A DNA stretch of 64,000 nt from an uncultured Sulfurospirillum sp. (GTDB lineage: Bacteria; Campylobacterota; Campylobacteria; Campylobacterales; QNZT01): NCBI GenBank assembly GCA_964573205.1, contig CAZNIT010000041.1, positions 422-64,421 of the forward strand, given 5' to 3'. The notes under the pieces were generated by a model. The model worked only from the letters and a program-made list of their open reading frames with translations. It made no database searches and was not told the DNA's origin. Below are positions 48,991 to 58,030 of the stretch, in pieces. The translations under genes were made by a program, and so were the position numbers. How positions within the stretch are numbered: position 1 is the stretch's first letter; every line of letters begins with the position of its first letter.

Positions 48991-49641
48991 TTGAGACCGA
49001 GCGCTATTTTTACCATATCTTTTTTACTTTTTTTATTATCCGTAAATATCAATGCGCAAATGGCTCAAACACCGCATAATCTCTCCGGGATCTCAGAAAT
49101 CTCTATCAAAGATAACGAGATATGTATCTTTTGCCATACTCCGCATGTTCCCTCTACGATGGCAACCAAACCTTTATGGAACAAAACACCTTCTCAAAAC
49201 GAATTTACGATATACGGTTCGTTGACATCACAATCACATACCCCCAATAATCCGAACTCCTACTCTATGATTTGTTTAAGCTGTCACGACGGAGCTAGCT
49301 CAATAAATTCCATAGTAAACGCACCGGCAAGCACGAATATCGACGGCTCTCTTCCAAAGCTCATTCGACCATCAAGAAGTATCTCCGTCGGAATAAGCGG
49401 AGGATTGAAAGATAATCATCCGGTTTCGGTACCCTACATACCCGGCAAAGCCGGTCTAAAGCCCATATTTGAACCGCTCATCGGTGAATGGAAAGGTGCG
49501 ACATATATATCAGATCTTTTAAGAAACGGACGAGTGGAATGCGGAAGTTGTCATGATCCGCATTTTGCGGATCCCGACGGTATATTTCTAAGAAACAAAA
49601 ACAGTCACAGCGAGATGTGTCTCTCTTGTCATGACAAATAA
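48991..49641 (+). CDS. tetrahaem c-type cytochrome
   Basis: ORF 48949..49641 trimmed to the TTG at 48991 (AGGAG RBS 5 nt upstream), which gives a clean signal peptide. Haem motifs CIFCH(TPH), CLSCH, CGSCH(DPH) and CLSCH. PLWNK motif after the first haem site. Confidence 0.75.
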   Translation: MRPSAIFTISFLLFLLSVNINAQMAQTPHNLSGISEISIKDNEICIFCHTPHVPSTMATKPLWNKTPSQNEFTIYGSLTSQSHTPNNPNSYSMICLSCHDGASSINSIVNAPASTNIDGSLPKLIRPSRSISVGISGGLKDNHPVSVPYIPGKAGLKPIFEPLIGEWKGATYISDLLRNGRVECGSCHDPHFADPDGIFLRNKNSHSEMCLSCHDK

Positions 49642-49647
49642 AAAGAT

Positions 49648-50109
49648 CTATTGACCGTTTTGAAGCAAGTGCTTTTTCCATAACATCTTCGCCTCTTTGG
49701 TCGTACCGTTTCTGTTTTTTTGAAAATAGTCTTTTATAAAAGCGTTATACCTAGCCTCTTCGGCCGAAATTCTCTTCTCCTTCATCTTATTCACCCTTTC
49801 AGGTTTAAGTGTCTGTATATATTTTGCCACGGCCACGATCTCACTATCGCTTAATTTGGTCGCCTGTCCTCTCATAAGTTTACCGAACCCGTATTGATCT
49901 TTGTTGCCGTCTCTATACTCTTTAAGTTCTTTAATGATTTTACTCGCCGGCCAACCGGCTATAACTTTACTTACACCCAAAGATCTCTTTTGAGCATTCA
50001 CGCCGTGACAAGTGCTGCATTTTTTAAAAAGCTTCGCTCCCATACTTGACGCAAACAGCGATACGGTAGAGATCATCAGCAAAATGATCACAGATCGTTT
50101 TATAAACAT
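49648..50109 (-). CDS. monohaem class I cytochrome c (c553-like) with C-terminal extension
   Basis: 153 aa. Signal peptide, GAKLFKKCSTCHG, and distal Met candidate in KLMRGQ. About 50 extra Lys-rich C-terminal residues. Confidence 0.8.
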   Translation of the reverse strand: MFIKRSVIILLMISTVSLFASSMGAKLFKKCSTCHGVNAQKRSLGVSKVIAGWPASKIIKELKEYRDGNKDQYGFGKLMRGQATKLSDSEIVAVAKYIQTLKPERVNKMKEKRISAEEARYNAFIKDYFQKNRNGTTKEAKMLWKKHLLQNGQ

Positions 50110-50234
50110 TTTTTATCTCCCTTCTATATGTAATATTTACTATTGTAATAAAACAGAGCTTAATCATCTTTTAAAAACATAATTTTTTATTATAAACTTA
50201 CTCTCGTTGACAAAAATATGCTATAATTTATTTC

Positions 50235-51227
50235 ATGAAAATATTATATCTCTTTGTTGTATTTGCATCGATATTCACTCTATCTTACGCTGCTAATCTC
50301 GATCACTGGAAGAGACCGAAAATTCCTATACCACCGGACAATCCCCAAAACAAGGCCAAAATAGAACTAGGCAAGATCCTATTTTTCGACAAAAGACTCT
50401 CAAGTACGAATACGATCTCATGCGCTAGCTGTCACAACCCGTTGTTCGGATGGAGCGACGCGAAAAGAGTAGCTATCGGAGTTAAAAACAGAAGCGGCAG
50501 ACGAAATACGCCGACCGTTTTAAATAGCGCCTATCTTAATAATTTTTTTCATGACGGACGTGCCAAATCTCTCGAAGAGCAGGCAAAGGGCCCGATCGAA
50601 ACGGAAGTGGAAATGGATATGCCTCTTGATAAACTGGTAAAAAAACTTCAAAAAATAGAAGGTTATAAAAAATTATTTTATAAAGCTTTCAATAGCAATA
50701 AAATCACCGAAGATAAAATATTAAAAGCTATCGCGTCGTTTGAAAGGACGATCGTAACGGACGATACACCATTTAACCGATGGATTAACAACGATAAAAA
50801 CGCTATAAGCGAAGCGGCGAAAGAGGGATTTGAAATTTTCAAAGATAAAGGTAGATGCGACTCCTGTCACAACGGTTTCAACTTCACAAACGAGAGCTTC
50901 AACAACATAGGTTTAGGAGATCGAAACGATTTGGGAGTTTACGAAATCGCTAAAAACAAAAGCAAAATATGGTACGGCGCTTTTAAAACTCCCACTTTGA
51001 TCGCGATTGAATTGACGCCACCCTATTTTCACAACGGCTCTATCGACTCTCTCAAAGAGGCGGTGACCATATGCGGAAACGGAGGGAAAAAACCGGTAAA
51101 GATCCGATCCCCTTTTTTTAGAGATAGAAAACTCGACGAATATGACGTAAACAGAGTGGTCGAATTTCTAAAAACTCTGACTCCCGCACCTTTAAAAATA
51201 AAACCTCCCACAGAATTTCCGAAATAA
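50235..51227 (+). CDS. ccpA: dihaem cytochrome c peroxidase (CCP/MauG family)
   Basis: 330 aa. Signal peptide. CASCHNP...GWSD and CDSCHNGFNFTN motifs. PPYFHNGS is conserved. Confidence 0.88.
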   Translation: MKILYLFVVFASIFTLSYAANLDHWKRPKIPIPPDNPQNKAKIELGKILFFDKRLSSTNTISCASCHNPLFGWSDAKRVAIGVKNRSGRRNTPTVLNSAYLNNFFHDGRAKSLEEQAKGPIETEVEMDMPLDKLVKKLQKIEGYKKLFYKAFNSNKITEDKILKAIASFERTIVTDDTPFNRWINNDKNAISEAAKEGFEIFKDKGRCDSCHNGFNFTNESFNNIGLGDRNDLGVYEIAKNKSKIWYGAFKTPTLIAIELTPPYFHNGSIDSLKEAVTICGNGGKKPVKIRSPFFRDRKLDEYDVNRVVEFLKTLTPAPLKIKPPTEFPK

Positions 51228-51231
51228 GTTA

Positions 51232-51612
51232 TTACTTAAAAAGAAGATTGTCTAAAGTTGTCGGTTTTGCCATATCTTTTGAAGGAGTTGTAAAAATAAG
51301 ACTCTCTTTTTGAATTTTTAGATGACATTTTATACACCTGTCTAATCCTTTATGCTCTTTAACTCCGCTTTTAGAAACTTTAGTTACATCATGACACTCC
51401 CAACAATCCTGACCGCAACCCCCGCCCATATCTATTTTACTCATCTGCTCTTTCGTATGACATGTTACGCAGGTTTTTAAAACTTTATGCTCTTTGTCGA
51501 ATTTTCCATCTTTTATCAATCCCGGATGACAACTTATACAGTCCCCTTCACAGGCAAAAAGAGAGAGTTGCACAAAAAACAACGATAAAAGTACTAAAGT
51601 AAGATTTTTCAT
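51232..51612 (-). CDS. small tetrahaem c-type cytochrome
   Basis: 126 aa. Signal peptide. Haem motifs CISCH, CVTCH, CWECH and CIKCH. Confidence 0.8.
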   Translation of the reverse strand: MKNLTLVLLSLFFVQLSLFACEGDCISCHPGLIKDGKFDKEHKVLKTCVTCHTKEQMSKIDMGGGCGQDCWECHDVTKVSKSGVKEHKGLDRCIKCHLKIQKESLIFTTPSKDMAKPTTLDNLLFK

Positions 51613-51772
51613 TTTTTCACCTTAGGGATATAATAGATTTTAAAAAGTCTATCAAAAGAATTTATAGATTTATCTGAAAAAAAAGATAAATTTATCACTA
51701 TTTTTATATACTAACTTAATTTTTTTAAATACTCTCATTTTTCAATCACAACAAAAGGTTCAATACGGCGAT

Positions 51773-54073
51773 ATGTATAATTTGATTTATTTTTTTCTTC
51801 TGTTTTCCGGTTTTACATCGATGATATATCAGATCGTATGGCTTAGACTTTTCGCCCTTAGTGTCGGTTCGACGGCTTTGTCGTTAAGCATCGTTGTAGG
51901 TTCTTTTTTTCTTGGGATGGGAATCGGAAGCTTCGTCTCGAGATATATAACGAAAAAAAGAGTTTATACGATAATACCTTATCTGTTCGTCGAAATAATT
52001 ATCGCCGTATCCGCAATAGCTTCCTTGCCGTTACTTTTAAATTTGGATAAAATCGTTACGACTTTTACATTTTTCGCGGATAACGATTTTTTTAAATTTC
52101 TGTTGGTATTCGCATCCCTTTTAATCCCGACGGCGGCTATGGGAGCATCCTTACCGATAATAAGCACACTCTTAATTCACAATAAAAAAAATATCGGTAA
52201 TATCTTTTCAAAAATATATAGCCTAAACACTCTTGGAGCCGTTTTAGGGGCATTCATAGGCGGTTTTGTCATCATTCCGTCGGTCGGACTCGACGGCGCT
52301 ATTTACATTGCCTTTTGCGTAAATATTTCTATCGGCGTTCTTGCTTTTATCTTTTTCAGAAAAAAAAATTTTCAATTACGCGAACATTCGATAAAATCGC
52401 CGAAACAATCCCCTCATATAAATTCCGTCGAAAGAAAAAAAGCCCTTGCGATTTTGTTTATTACCGGCTTCGTATCGATTGCGACGGAAATCGGGTGGAG
52501 TAAATTTCTTATTATTTTCACAGGAAGTACGATTTACGGGTTTTCCGCAATCATATCCGTTTTGCTTTTGGGCATTGCTGTAGGTTCTTGGAGCATGAGA
52601 AAACGCATAGACGCTATCGTCAGAAAGCAGCAATGGCTTTTATACTCACTTTTAATTCTATCTCTCTCCCTTTTGATAACGGCGGGAATGCTTACTCATG
52701 TAGCGACAATTTATGAATTTTTAAATCGATCCGCACTTAGTGTAAATGTGCAAAGCATGATAAAACTTCTGGTGATTTTCATACTAATTTTCCCTCCATC
52801 GTTTCTTTTTGGTACGATTTTTCCGCTTTCCATTTCACTCTATGCACAAAATGAAAAAGATATTTTAAAAAACAGTTCAACGGCGTTTGCACTCAATACC
52901 GTTGCCGGTATTGCCGGATCGATAACGGCCGGTTTATGGATAATTCCTCATTTTGGAACGAGCGTTTTACTTTTCACATCGGCTGCAACGGTGGCGATAT
53001 CGAGCATACTGTTTTTTAAAAATATCGAAGAAAAGAGAGACCGGTATATTTCATACACACTTCTTTTTACCTCTTTGTCGATGATATTCGTTTTTGCGAA
53101 ACCGGATTTCAAGCCTATGATCGCCGCAACTTACAACCATACGCAATTTACACCGCAAGACGATTTGAATATTACATATGTCAAAGAGGGCAAAAGCGGC
53201 GTTATCGCACTACTATACGAACAAGCGAGATATGTAAGAGTTTTAAATAACGGTCTTAGCGAATCTAGTCTAGACATATACGATCCGGATAATGTCAATT
53301 TAGCCGAAACTCTTTTAGCGATTATTCCTTATCTACTGCATAAAAATCCGAAAAACGCCTTCATAATCGGATTTGGCGGAGGAACGACGGCATATGCGAT
53401 GACTAGAACCGATCTAAAATCGATTCAAGTAGTCGAACTTGAACCGCAAATCGTAACCGCTTTAAAAACCGTTTATAAAAACGGTATCCCCGCACTAGAA
53501 GATAAAAGATTGAAATTGACGATAAACGATGCCCGCAATCAACTTTTAAAAGAGCGTAATAGATACGATATAATCGTCTCGCAACCCTCTCATCCTTGGC
53601 TTAGCGGTGCCTCTTCTCTCTTTACGAAAGAGTTTTTCGAGCTGACGAAACAAAAAATTAAAGACGACGGCATCTACGGTCAGTGGATCAATCTATTCAA
53701 TATGGACTCCACAACTCTAAAATCGATAATAAAGGCGTTTGTCGATACTTATCCCTACACTATGAGTTTCGCGATTATGCAAACTGAAGATTTTTTGCTT
53801 TTTGGTTCAAAAAAACCTTTTGTTACGGATACGAAAGAGATACAAAAAAAGCTGAATAACCCGAAAATTGCGAATCTATTGTATCCTTACAACATCTATA
53901 CGCCTAAAGCCCTCTTCGCTTACAAGTCGCTTTCGAGACAAAAATTGCAAAATCTTACAAGAAATCAAATGGCAAACAGTGATTTGAACATCATCAGCGA
54001 AACGAGACTCTCAAAACTCGAATGGAGAAAACCTCCCCAGCCGGACGAAGATCCATATCTTCTGTTTCGCTAA
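51773..54073 (+). CDS. polytopic membrane domain fused to a spermidine-synthase-like (aminopropyl/methyltransferase fold) domain
   Basis: 766 aa. About 12 hydrophobic helices in aa 1-440. The C-terminal domain has IIGFGGGTTA (GxGxG), VELEP and YDIIVSQPSHPW motifs of the SpeE fold. Confidence 0.72.
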   Translation: MYNLIYFFLLFSGFTSMIYQIVWLRLFALSVGSTALSLSIVVGSFFLGMGIGSFVSRYITKKRVYTIIPYLFVEIIIAVSAIASLPLLLNLDKIVTTFTFFADNDFFKFLLVFASLLIPTAAMGASLPIISTLLIHNKKNIGNIFSKIYSLNTLGAVLGAFIGGFVIIPSVGLDGAIYIAFCVNISIGVLAFIFFRKKNFQLREHSIKSPKQSPHINSVERKKALAILFITGFVSIATEIGWSKFLIIFTGSTIYGFSAIISVLLLGIAVGSWSMRKRIDAIVRKQQWLLYSLLILSLSLLITAGMLTHVATIYEFLNRSALSVNVQSMIKLLVIFILIFPPSFLFGTIFPLSISLYAQNEKDILKNSSTAFALNTVAGIAGSITAGLWIIPHFGTSVLLFTSAATVAISSILFFKNIEEKRDRYISYTLLFTSLSMIFVFAKPDFKPMIAATYNHTQFTPQDDLNITYVKEGKSGVIALLYEQARYVRVLNNGLSESSLDIYDPDNVNLAETLLAIIPYLLHKNPKNAFIIGFGGGTTAYAMTRTDLKSIQVVELEPQIVTALKTVYKNGIPALEDKRLKLTINDARNQLLKERNRYDIIVSQPSHPWLSGASSLFTKEFFELTKQKIKDDGIYGQWINLFNMDSTTLKSIIKAFVDTYPYTMSFAIMQTEDFLLFGSKKPFVTDTKEIQKKLNNPKIANLLYPYNIYTPKALFAYKSLSRQKLQNLTRNQMANSDLNIISETRLSKLEWRKPPQPDEDPYLLFR

Positions 54074-54090
54074 CATCTTCTAAAAGATAT

Positions 54091-54450
54091 CTACTTCATA
54101 CATTCACAAAAAACTTCACCGGGTCGTTCGCCCACTTTCTTCTCTTTATCTTCATTATCGGGTACCTCGTAAAATTCCACACGAAACTTTACAGGTCCCG
54201 TTAATACGACATGATGAAATCTTTCCGGATATATAACGATCGGATGGTCGATATCGGCATCCAGAACATTCTCTTTATCGTCTTCCCATACAAACTGCAA
54301 AGCGCCCTCTTCCACCACCACTAGCGCATATTTACCTTTTGGCGCAAGATGGTTTTTTAAAATCCCTTTTACAACGGTCTCTTCATTCATACTAGGAGTC
54401 GATCCGACTTTCACCGCACCTTGAGGTAAAGTATCGTTTTGAAAATTCAT
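54091..54450 (-). CDS. DUF1971 (YeaR / TehB N-terminal-like) cupin protein
   Basis: 119 aa. STP...G.L.F...H.V...F.VEFY parallels E. coli YeaR, which has the same length. Confidence 0.55.
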   Translation of the reverse strand: MNFQNDTLPQGAVKVGSTPSMNEETVVKGILKNHLAPKGKYALVVVEEGALQFVWEDDKENVLDADIDHPIVIYPERFHHVVLTGPVKFRVEFYEVPDNEDKEKKVGERPGEVFCECMK

Positions 54451-54798
54451 CTATATTTCCTTGTTTAAAATTTTTATCGGTTCCCGCTTGATTAAAAAGT
54501 AATACAAACTGACAATTAGGATTATATTTAAATACGGTAACGACAATATGACCAAAATCGTACTCACAATAAAATAGACGGCCGTAATCAAAAGCACTTT
54601 GACTATCGAATACTCGGGTGACTCGGCTTTTTTATACGAAAGATAAAAGATAGATACGGATACGAGTATAAAAAGCGCATAATCGATAATCTTGTTTTCA
54701 CCGAACAATTCGGATATACCGGCTGAAAGCTGTACCCAAATAAACGTTGCTAAAAAAAAGTGTAAAACCGCTATTGAAACTCTATAAGATGTTGGCAT
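54451..54798 (-). CDS. hypothetical small membrane protein
   Basis: 115 aa with 3-4 hydrophobic helices. Its stop abuts the start of the DUF1971 gene with zero gap. Confidence 0.5.
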   Translation of the reverse strand: MPTSYRVSIAVLHFFLATFIWVQLSAGISELFGENKIIDYALFILVSVSIFYLSYKKAESPEYSIVKVLLITAVYFIVSTILVILSLPYLNIILIVSLYYFLIKREPIKILNKEI

Positions 54799-55069
54799 TA
54801 TCCACTCCTGTAGGTGTTATATCATTGGAGAGATAATGTTAACATCATCTCCAACACAATACCCTTTTAAGAGTGAAATAAATTTTTAGTGTCAAGAATT
54901 TGTTACCTTTTGAAGCAAAATCAAAAAAGATTTATCTCACTCCTTTTCACCGTATCTATCTTTTTAAGCATATTTACTTAAACGGTGTTTACAGATCGTA
55001 ATCCTCGTAAAAGATAACAAACCGCATATGATCCCATTTTTAAAATAGCAATCACCTTGTCGATTATCT

Positions 55070-56368
55070 TTATTTCGCGCCGTGCTCTTTAAGATATTTC
55101 ACAACCTCTTTGTAACCTTTCTCTTTCGCATGACTTAGAGGCGTACCTCCTTCTTGATCTTTAGCGTTTACATCCGCACCCTTTTGGACAAGAAGTTTAA
55201 CCGTCTCAAGCATACCTTTTTCACTCGCATAACTAAGAGGTGTTCCCTTATAAGAATCTTTAGCGTTTACATTCGCACCCTTTTGAATCAAAATATTCGC
55301 TACATCGCTCAATCCTCGCTGAGTAGCCAAAATTAACGGCGTCTCTTTATCCTTATTCGCGATATTTACGTTCGCACCGTTATCGATCAATATTTTGGCG
55401 GTTTTGGGATGACCGTATTGAAGAGCTATATGTAGAGGTGTTTTACCGTATTTATCTTTTTCGTTTATCTCTTCACCTTTTTCTATCAACATTTTGACTA
55501 TATCTTCATAACCGATTTCAGCCGCATAAAAAAGAGGCGTAGTACCGTCTTCGCCTTTAGCGTTTACATCCGCGCCTTTTTCGATAAGAAGTTTCGTCGC
55601 CTCTTCAAGAGCGTTGTGCGCGGCATACACTAGCGGCGTTACGCCTTTTTTATCAGCGACATTCACATCGGCACCCTTTTCGATAAGCATGATGGAAAGC
55701 TTGGAAAGCGCGTTTCTTGTCGCATACAAAAGAGGCGTCATACCGTCTTTGTCTTTTACGTTTACATCCGCACCCTTTTGAATCAAAAGTTCGGATGACT
55801 CAAGTAGCGCGTTTTTTATAGCAAAAAGAAGCGGGGTGTTTCCTTTTTTATCTTTTACGTTTACATCCGCACCCTTTTGAATCAGAAGTTTCGCAACTTC
55901 GTCCATCCCGCTTTGAGTCGCATAATAAAGAGCCGATTTTCCATATTTATTTTTCGCGTTGACATTCGCACCTTTTTGGATTAAAAGTTTCGCTATATCC
56001 GAACGATTGTTTCTTGCGGCAAAGATCAAAGGCGTAAAACCGCTCACATCGGCTTCTATGTCGGCACCTTTATCCAGAAGTTGTTTTACGATATCGGTAT
56101 ATCCGCCAGCTACTGCCGAAATGAGCATCGTATATCCGTCTTTATCCTTAGCGTTTACATCGGCCGCTTGGGCTATTAAATCTTCCACTTTTTCTTTATC
56201 TCCGCTAGTTAAATGTTCTTTGTTCAATAATTTGATAGCTCGTTGTTCTAAAGAGATGTCCTTCGCATAAATTTGCGTCGTCGTCAAGACGCCGATCAAG
56301 CCGACTTGCGAAACTAAAACGAATGAAGCCATAATCGATGAGGAGAATATTTTTTTTAATTTTTGCAT
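55070..56368 (-). CDS. secreted ankyrin-repeat protein (about 11 ANK repeats)
   Basis: 432 aa. Signal peptide. Eleven G.TPL..A......(V/I)..LL..GA[DN]VN units. Confidence 0.88.
   Translation of the reverse strand: MQKLKKIFSSSIMASFVLVSQVGLIGVLTTTQIYAKDISLEQRAIKLLNKEHLTSGDKEKVEDLIAQAADVNAKDKDGYTMLISAVAGGYTDIVKQLLDKGADIEADVSGFTPLIFAARNNRSDIAKLLIQKGANVNAKNKYGKSALYYATQSGMDEVAKLLIQKGADVNVKDKKGNTPLLFAIKNALLESSELLIQKGADVNVKDKDGMTPLLYATRNALSKLSIMLIEKGADVNVADKKGVTPLVYAAHNALEEATKLLIEKGADVNAKGEDGTTPLFYAAEIGYEDIVKMLIEKGEEINEKDKYGKTPLHIALQYGHPKTAKILIDNGANVNIANKDKETPLILATQRGLSDVANILIQKGANVNAKDSYKGTPLSYASEKGMLETVKLLVQKGADVNAKDQEGGTPLSHAKEKGYKEVVKYLKEHGAK
55073..56191 (-). repeat. 99-bp coding periodicity (ankyrin units), several units near-identical at DNA level
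   Basis: The segment GTTTACATCCGCACCCTTTTG[AG]A[TC]CA[AG]AAG recurs at about 55166, 55266, 55760 and 55860 on the + strand. It encodes LIQKGADVN. Confidence 0.7.
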
Positions 56369-56448
56369 AATACCTTCTTTATTTTTATTTTATAAAGATT
56401 ATACCAACGATTATATTAAGGACAGCTCCAATGCTTTATTAAGCTCGG

Positions 56449-57132
56449 TTATCTTTCACGAAGGAAAATATTCACGCCGTAACTGAGTGAAGAAGGTAAA
56501 AAATCACTCTTTTTTATATTCGATTTACTTAAACCCGATTCGCAGTAAAACTTCGGATCGCTATTTATATCCGCTAGACAGTTTAAGTTGCTTAAACCCG
56601 TCAAATATCTAACTTTATAGTCTCTTGCGAGGTTATAATACCCTTTGGCGTCAATTCTGAAATAGCTCTCATTGTTTGAGCCCAGCAAAAGATCGATCGG
56701 CTCGTCTATATATTTCTTTTTAGGATAAGATACTTGAAACGAGATACCCTCCAACTCGAATTTACAATCTTCGTCTCCAAACGACTTGTTCCACTCTATA
56801 GGAACCGTCAGTTTAAATTCCTCCTTATCGGACGATTCGTCCACCACTCTGTTTTTTACGAATGCCGGCCAGCCGTTATTTAATCTGTTGAAACATCCCT
56901 CTTTGGTTACGGTCGCTTCAAAGACGGCGGTTAGCGTAACTTTTAGTTTCGGATCGATTCGACCGTAAACGGTAAGCGTTTCATTAAAGTTGCTTTTATT
57001 TAAGTCTTTTACATAAAGTAAAGAACTTCTCTTTTTTTCACCCATGTCTTTAGGTATCAAGAAAAAACAGCCGGTAAAAAATATGGATAAAAAGGGGATT
57101 ATTAAATAGTAACGGTAATATGTTTTTTTCAT
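56449..57132 (-). CDS. hypothetical lipoprotein
   Basis: 227 aa. Lipobox FFTGC. No domain recognised. Confidence 0.55.
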   Translation of the reverse strand: MKKTYYRYYLIIPFLSIFFTGCFFLIPKDMGEKKRSSLLYVKDLNKSNFNETLTVYGRIDPKLKVTLTAVFEATVTKEGCFNRLNNGWPAFVKNRVVDESSDKEEFKLTVPIEWNKSFGDEDCKFELEGISFQVSYPKKKYIDEPIDLLLGSNNESYFRIDAKGYYNLARDYKVRYLTGLSNLNCLADINSDPKFYCESGLSKSNIKKSDFLPSSLSYGVNIFLRER

Positions 57133-57230
57133 TTACATTCCTAATCAGACAAATTGAGCACTATTATAGCATAAATTTATCTTTGTAAAGAAATGTTTAT
57201 TCTTTTTTTTTATAACTATATTTCTTAAAT

Positions 57231-57974
57231 CTACAAAGATTCCATATATTGACGAGCTTTTGCGAAAGAGTAAAAGAATATGATTTTATTTTTAGTTTTT
57301 TTACCGTCTTCCCAAGCTTCGACAATCATAAAATCTCTATTTTTCTCTTTCAAGATATAAAAATCCCTATACCTACGCTCATAATCGGAATAGACGTAAA
57401 AACGACCTTGAAAATCGATAAAAAACCTACCTTCACCCGCATACTCTTCGCCGATAATTACCTGAAAATGCATCGTGAAGTCATTATGCAGTTCAAGCGC
57501 TATAAGCGCGATATCCCCTTTGTGTTCACTATTTATATAAAGTGCGTATATCGTTCTATCTAGCAACATATCGTTTGTGAATAAAAGGGGGGTTTCGCCT
57601 TTTTGCGGTTGAATTTCATTGTCGTCATAATTTTTTGATTTGGAGAAATCTTTGATCAATTTAACTTTAGACGGATCATGCTTTCTAATATATGCGTCTT
57701 TAAATATTTTTTTATACTCCGAAAAGACTTTTTCAACGCCGCTTCTTGTATCGCTCAAGCGTGCGTAGAGTATATAGTAGTCGTCGTCTCGGACGATTCT
57801 AACATCTTTTTTCAGCCTATCGTCAAGCTTTCTCATCTCTTTTTTTATGAACTCGTAACCTTCCGAATTATTGTGTCCGGTAGCAAGTTGTATAGTATAA
57901 TATTTTTTTGCGTTCAGAGGTTTTGTCGCAATAAAAAATAGAACCGCAACCAGAAAAAACTTAATATATTTCAT
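57231..57974 (-). CDS. hypothetical secreted protein with N-terminal SPOR-like segment
   Basis: 247 aa. Signal peptide. YYTIQLAT...YYILYARLSD...AYIRK resembles a SPOR fold pattern. The rest is unassigned. Confidence 0.5.
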   Translation of the reverse strand: MKYIKFFLVAVLFFIATKPLNAKKYYTIQLATGHNNSEGYEFIKKEMRKLDDRLKKDVRIVRDDDYYILYARLSDTRSGVEKVFSEYKKIFKDAYIRKHDPSKVKLIKDFSKSKNYDDNEIQPQKGETPLLFTNDMLLDRTIYALYINSEHKGDIALIALELHNDFTMHFQVIIGEEYAGEGRFFIDFQGRFYVYSDYERRYRDFYILKEKNRDFMIVEAWEDGKKTKNKIIFFYSFAKARQYMESL

Positions 57975-58030
57975 GAAATATCGATACTATCCTTCAAATA
58001 TTTAATTAAAAAACAGATATTATACTATAT

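Noticed and set aside
55073-56191. Periodic DNA repeats considered as a possible CRISPR or tandem-repeat array
   Set aside because: The 99-bp periodicity is entirely explained by in-frame ankyrin repeats within one long ORF. There are no unique spacers and no leader. I saw no CRISPR-like array anywhere in the window.
44430-57974. tRNA-Asn-anchored genomic island carrying the cytochrome, ankyrin and lipoprotein genes
   Set aside because: There is no integrase, transposase or conjugation gene. By eye I could not find a direct repeat of the tRNA 3' end in the downstream intergenic spacers. I kept only a weaker statement, accessory-looking content next to a tRNA, as a finding. Comparative genomics and composition analysis are needed.
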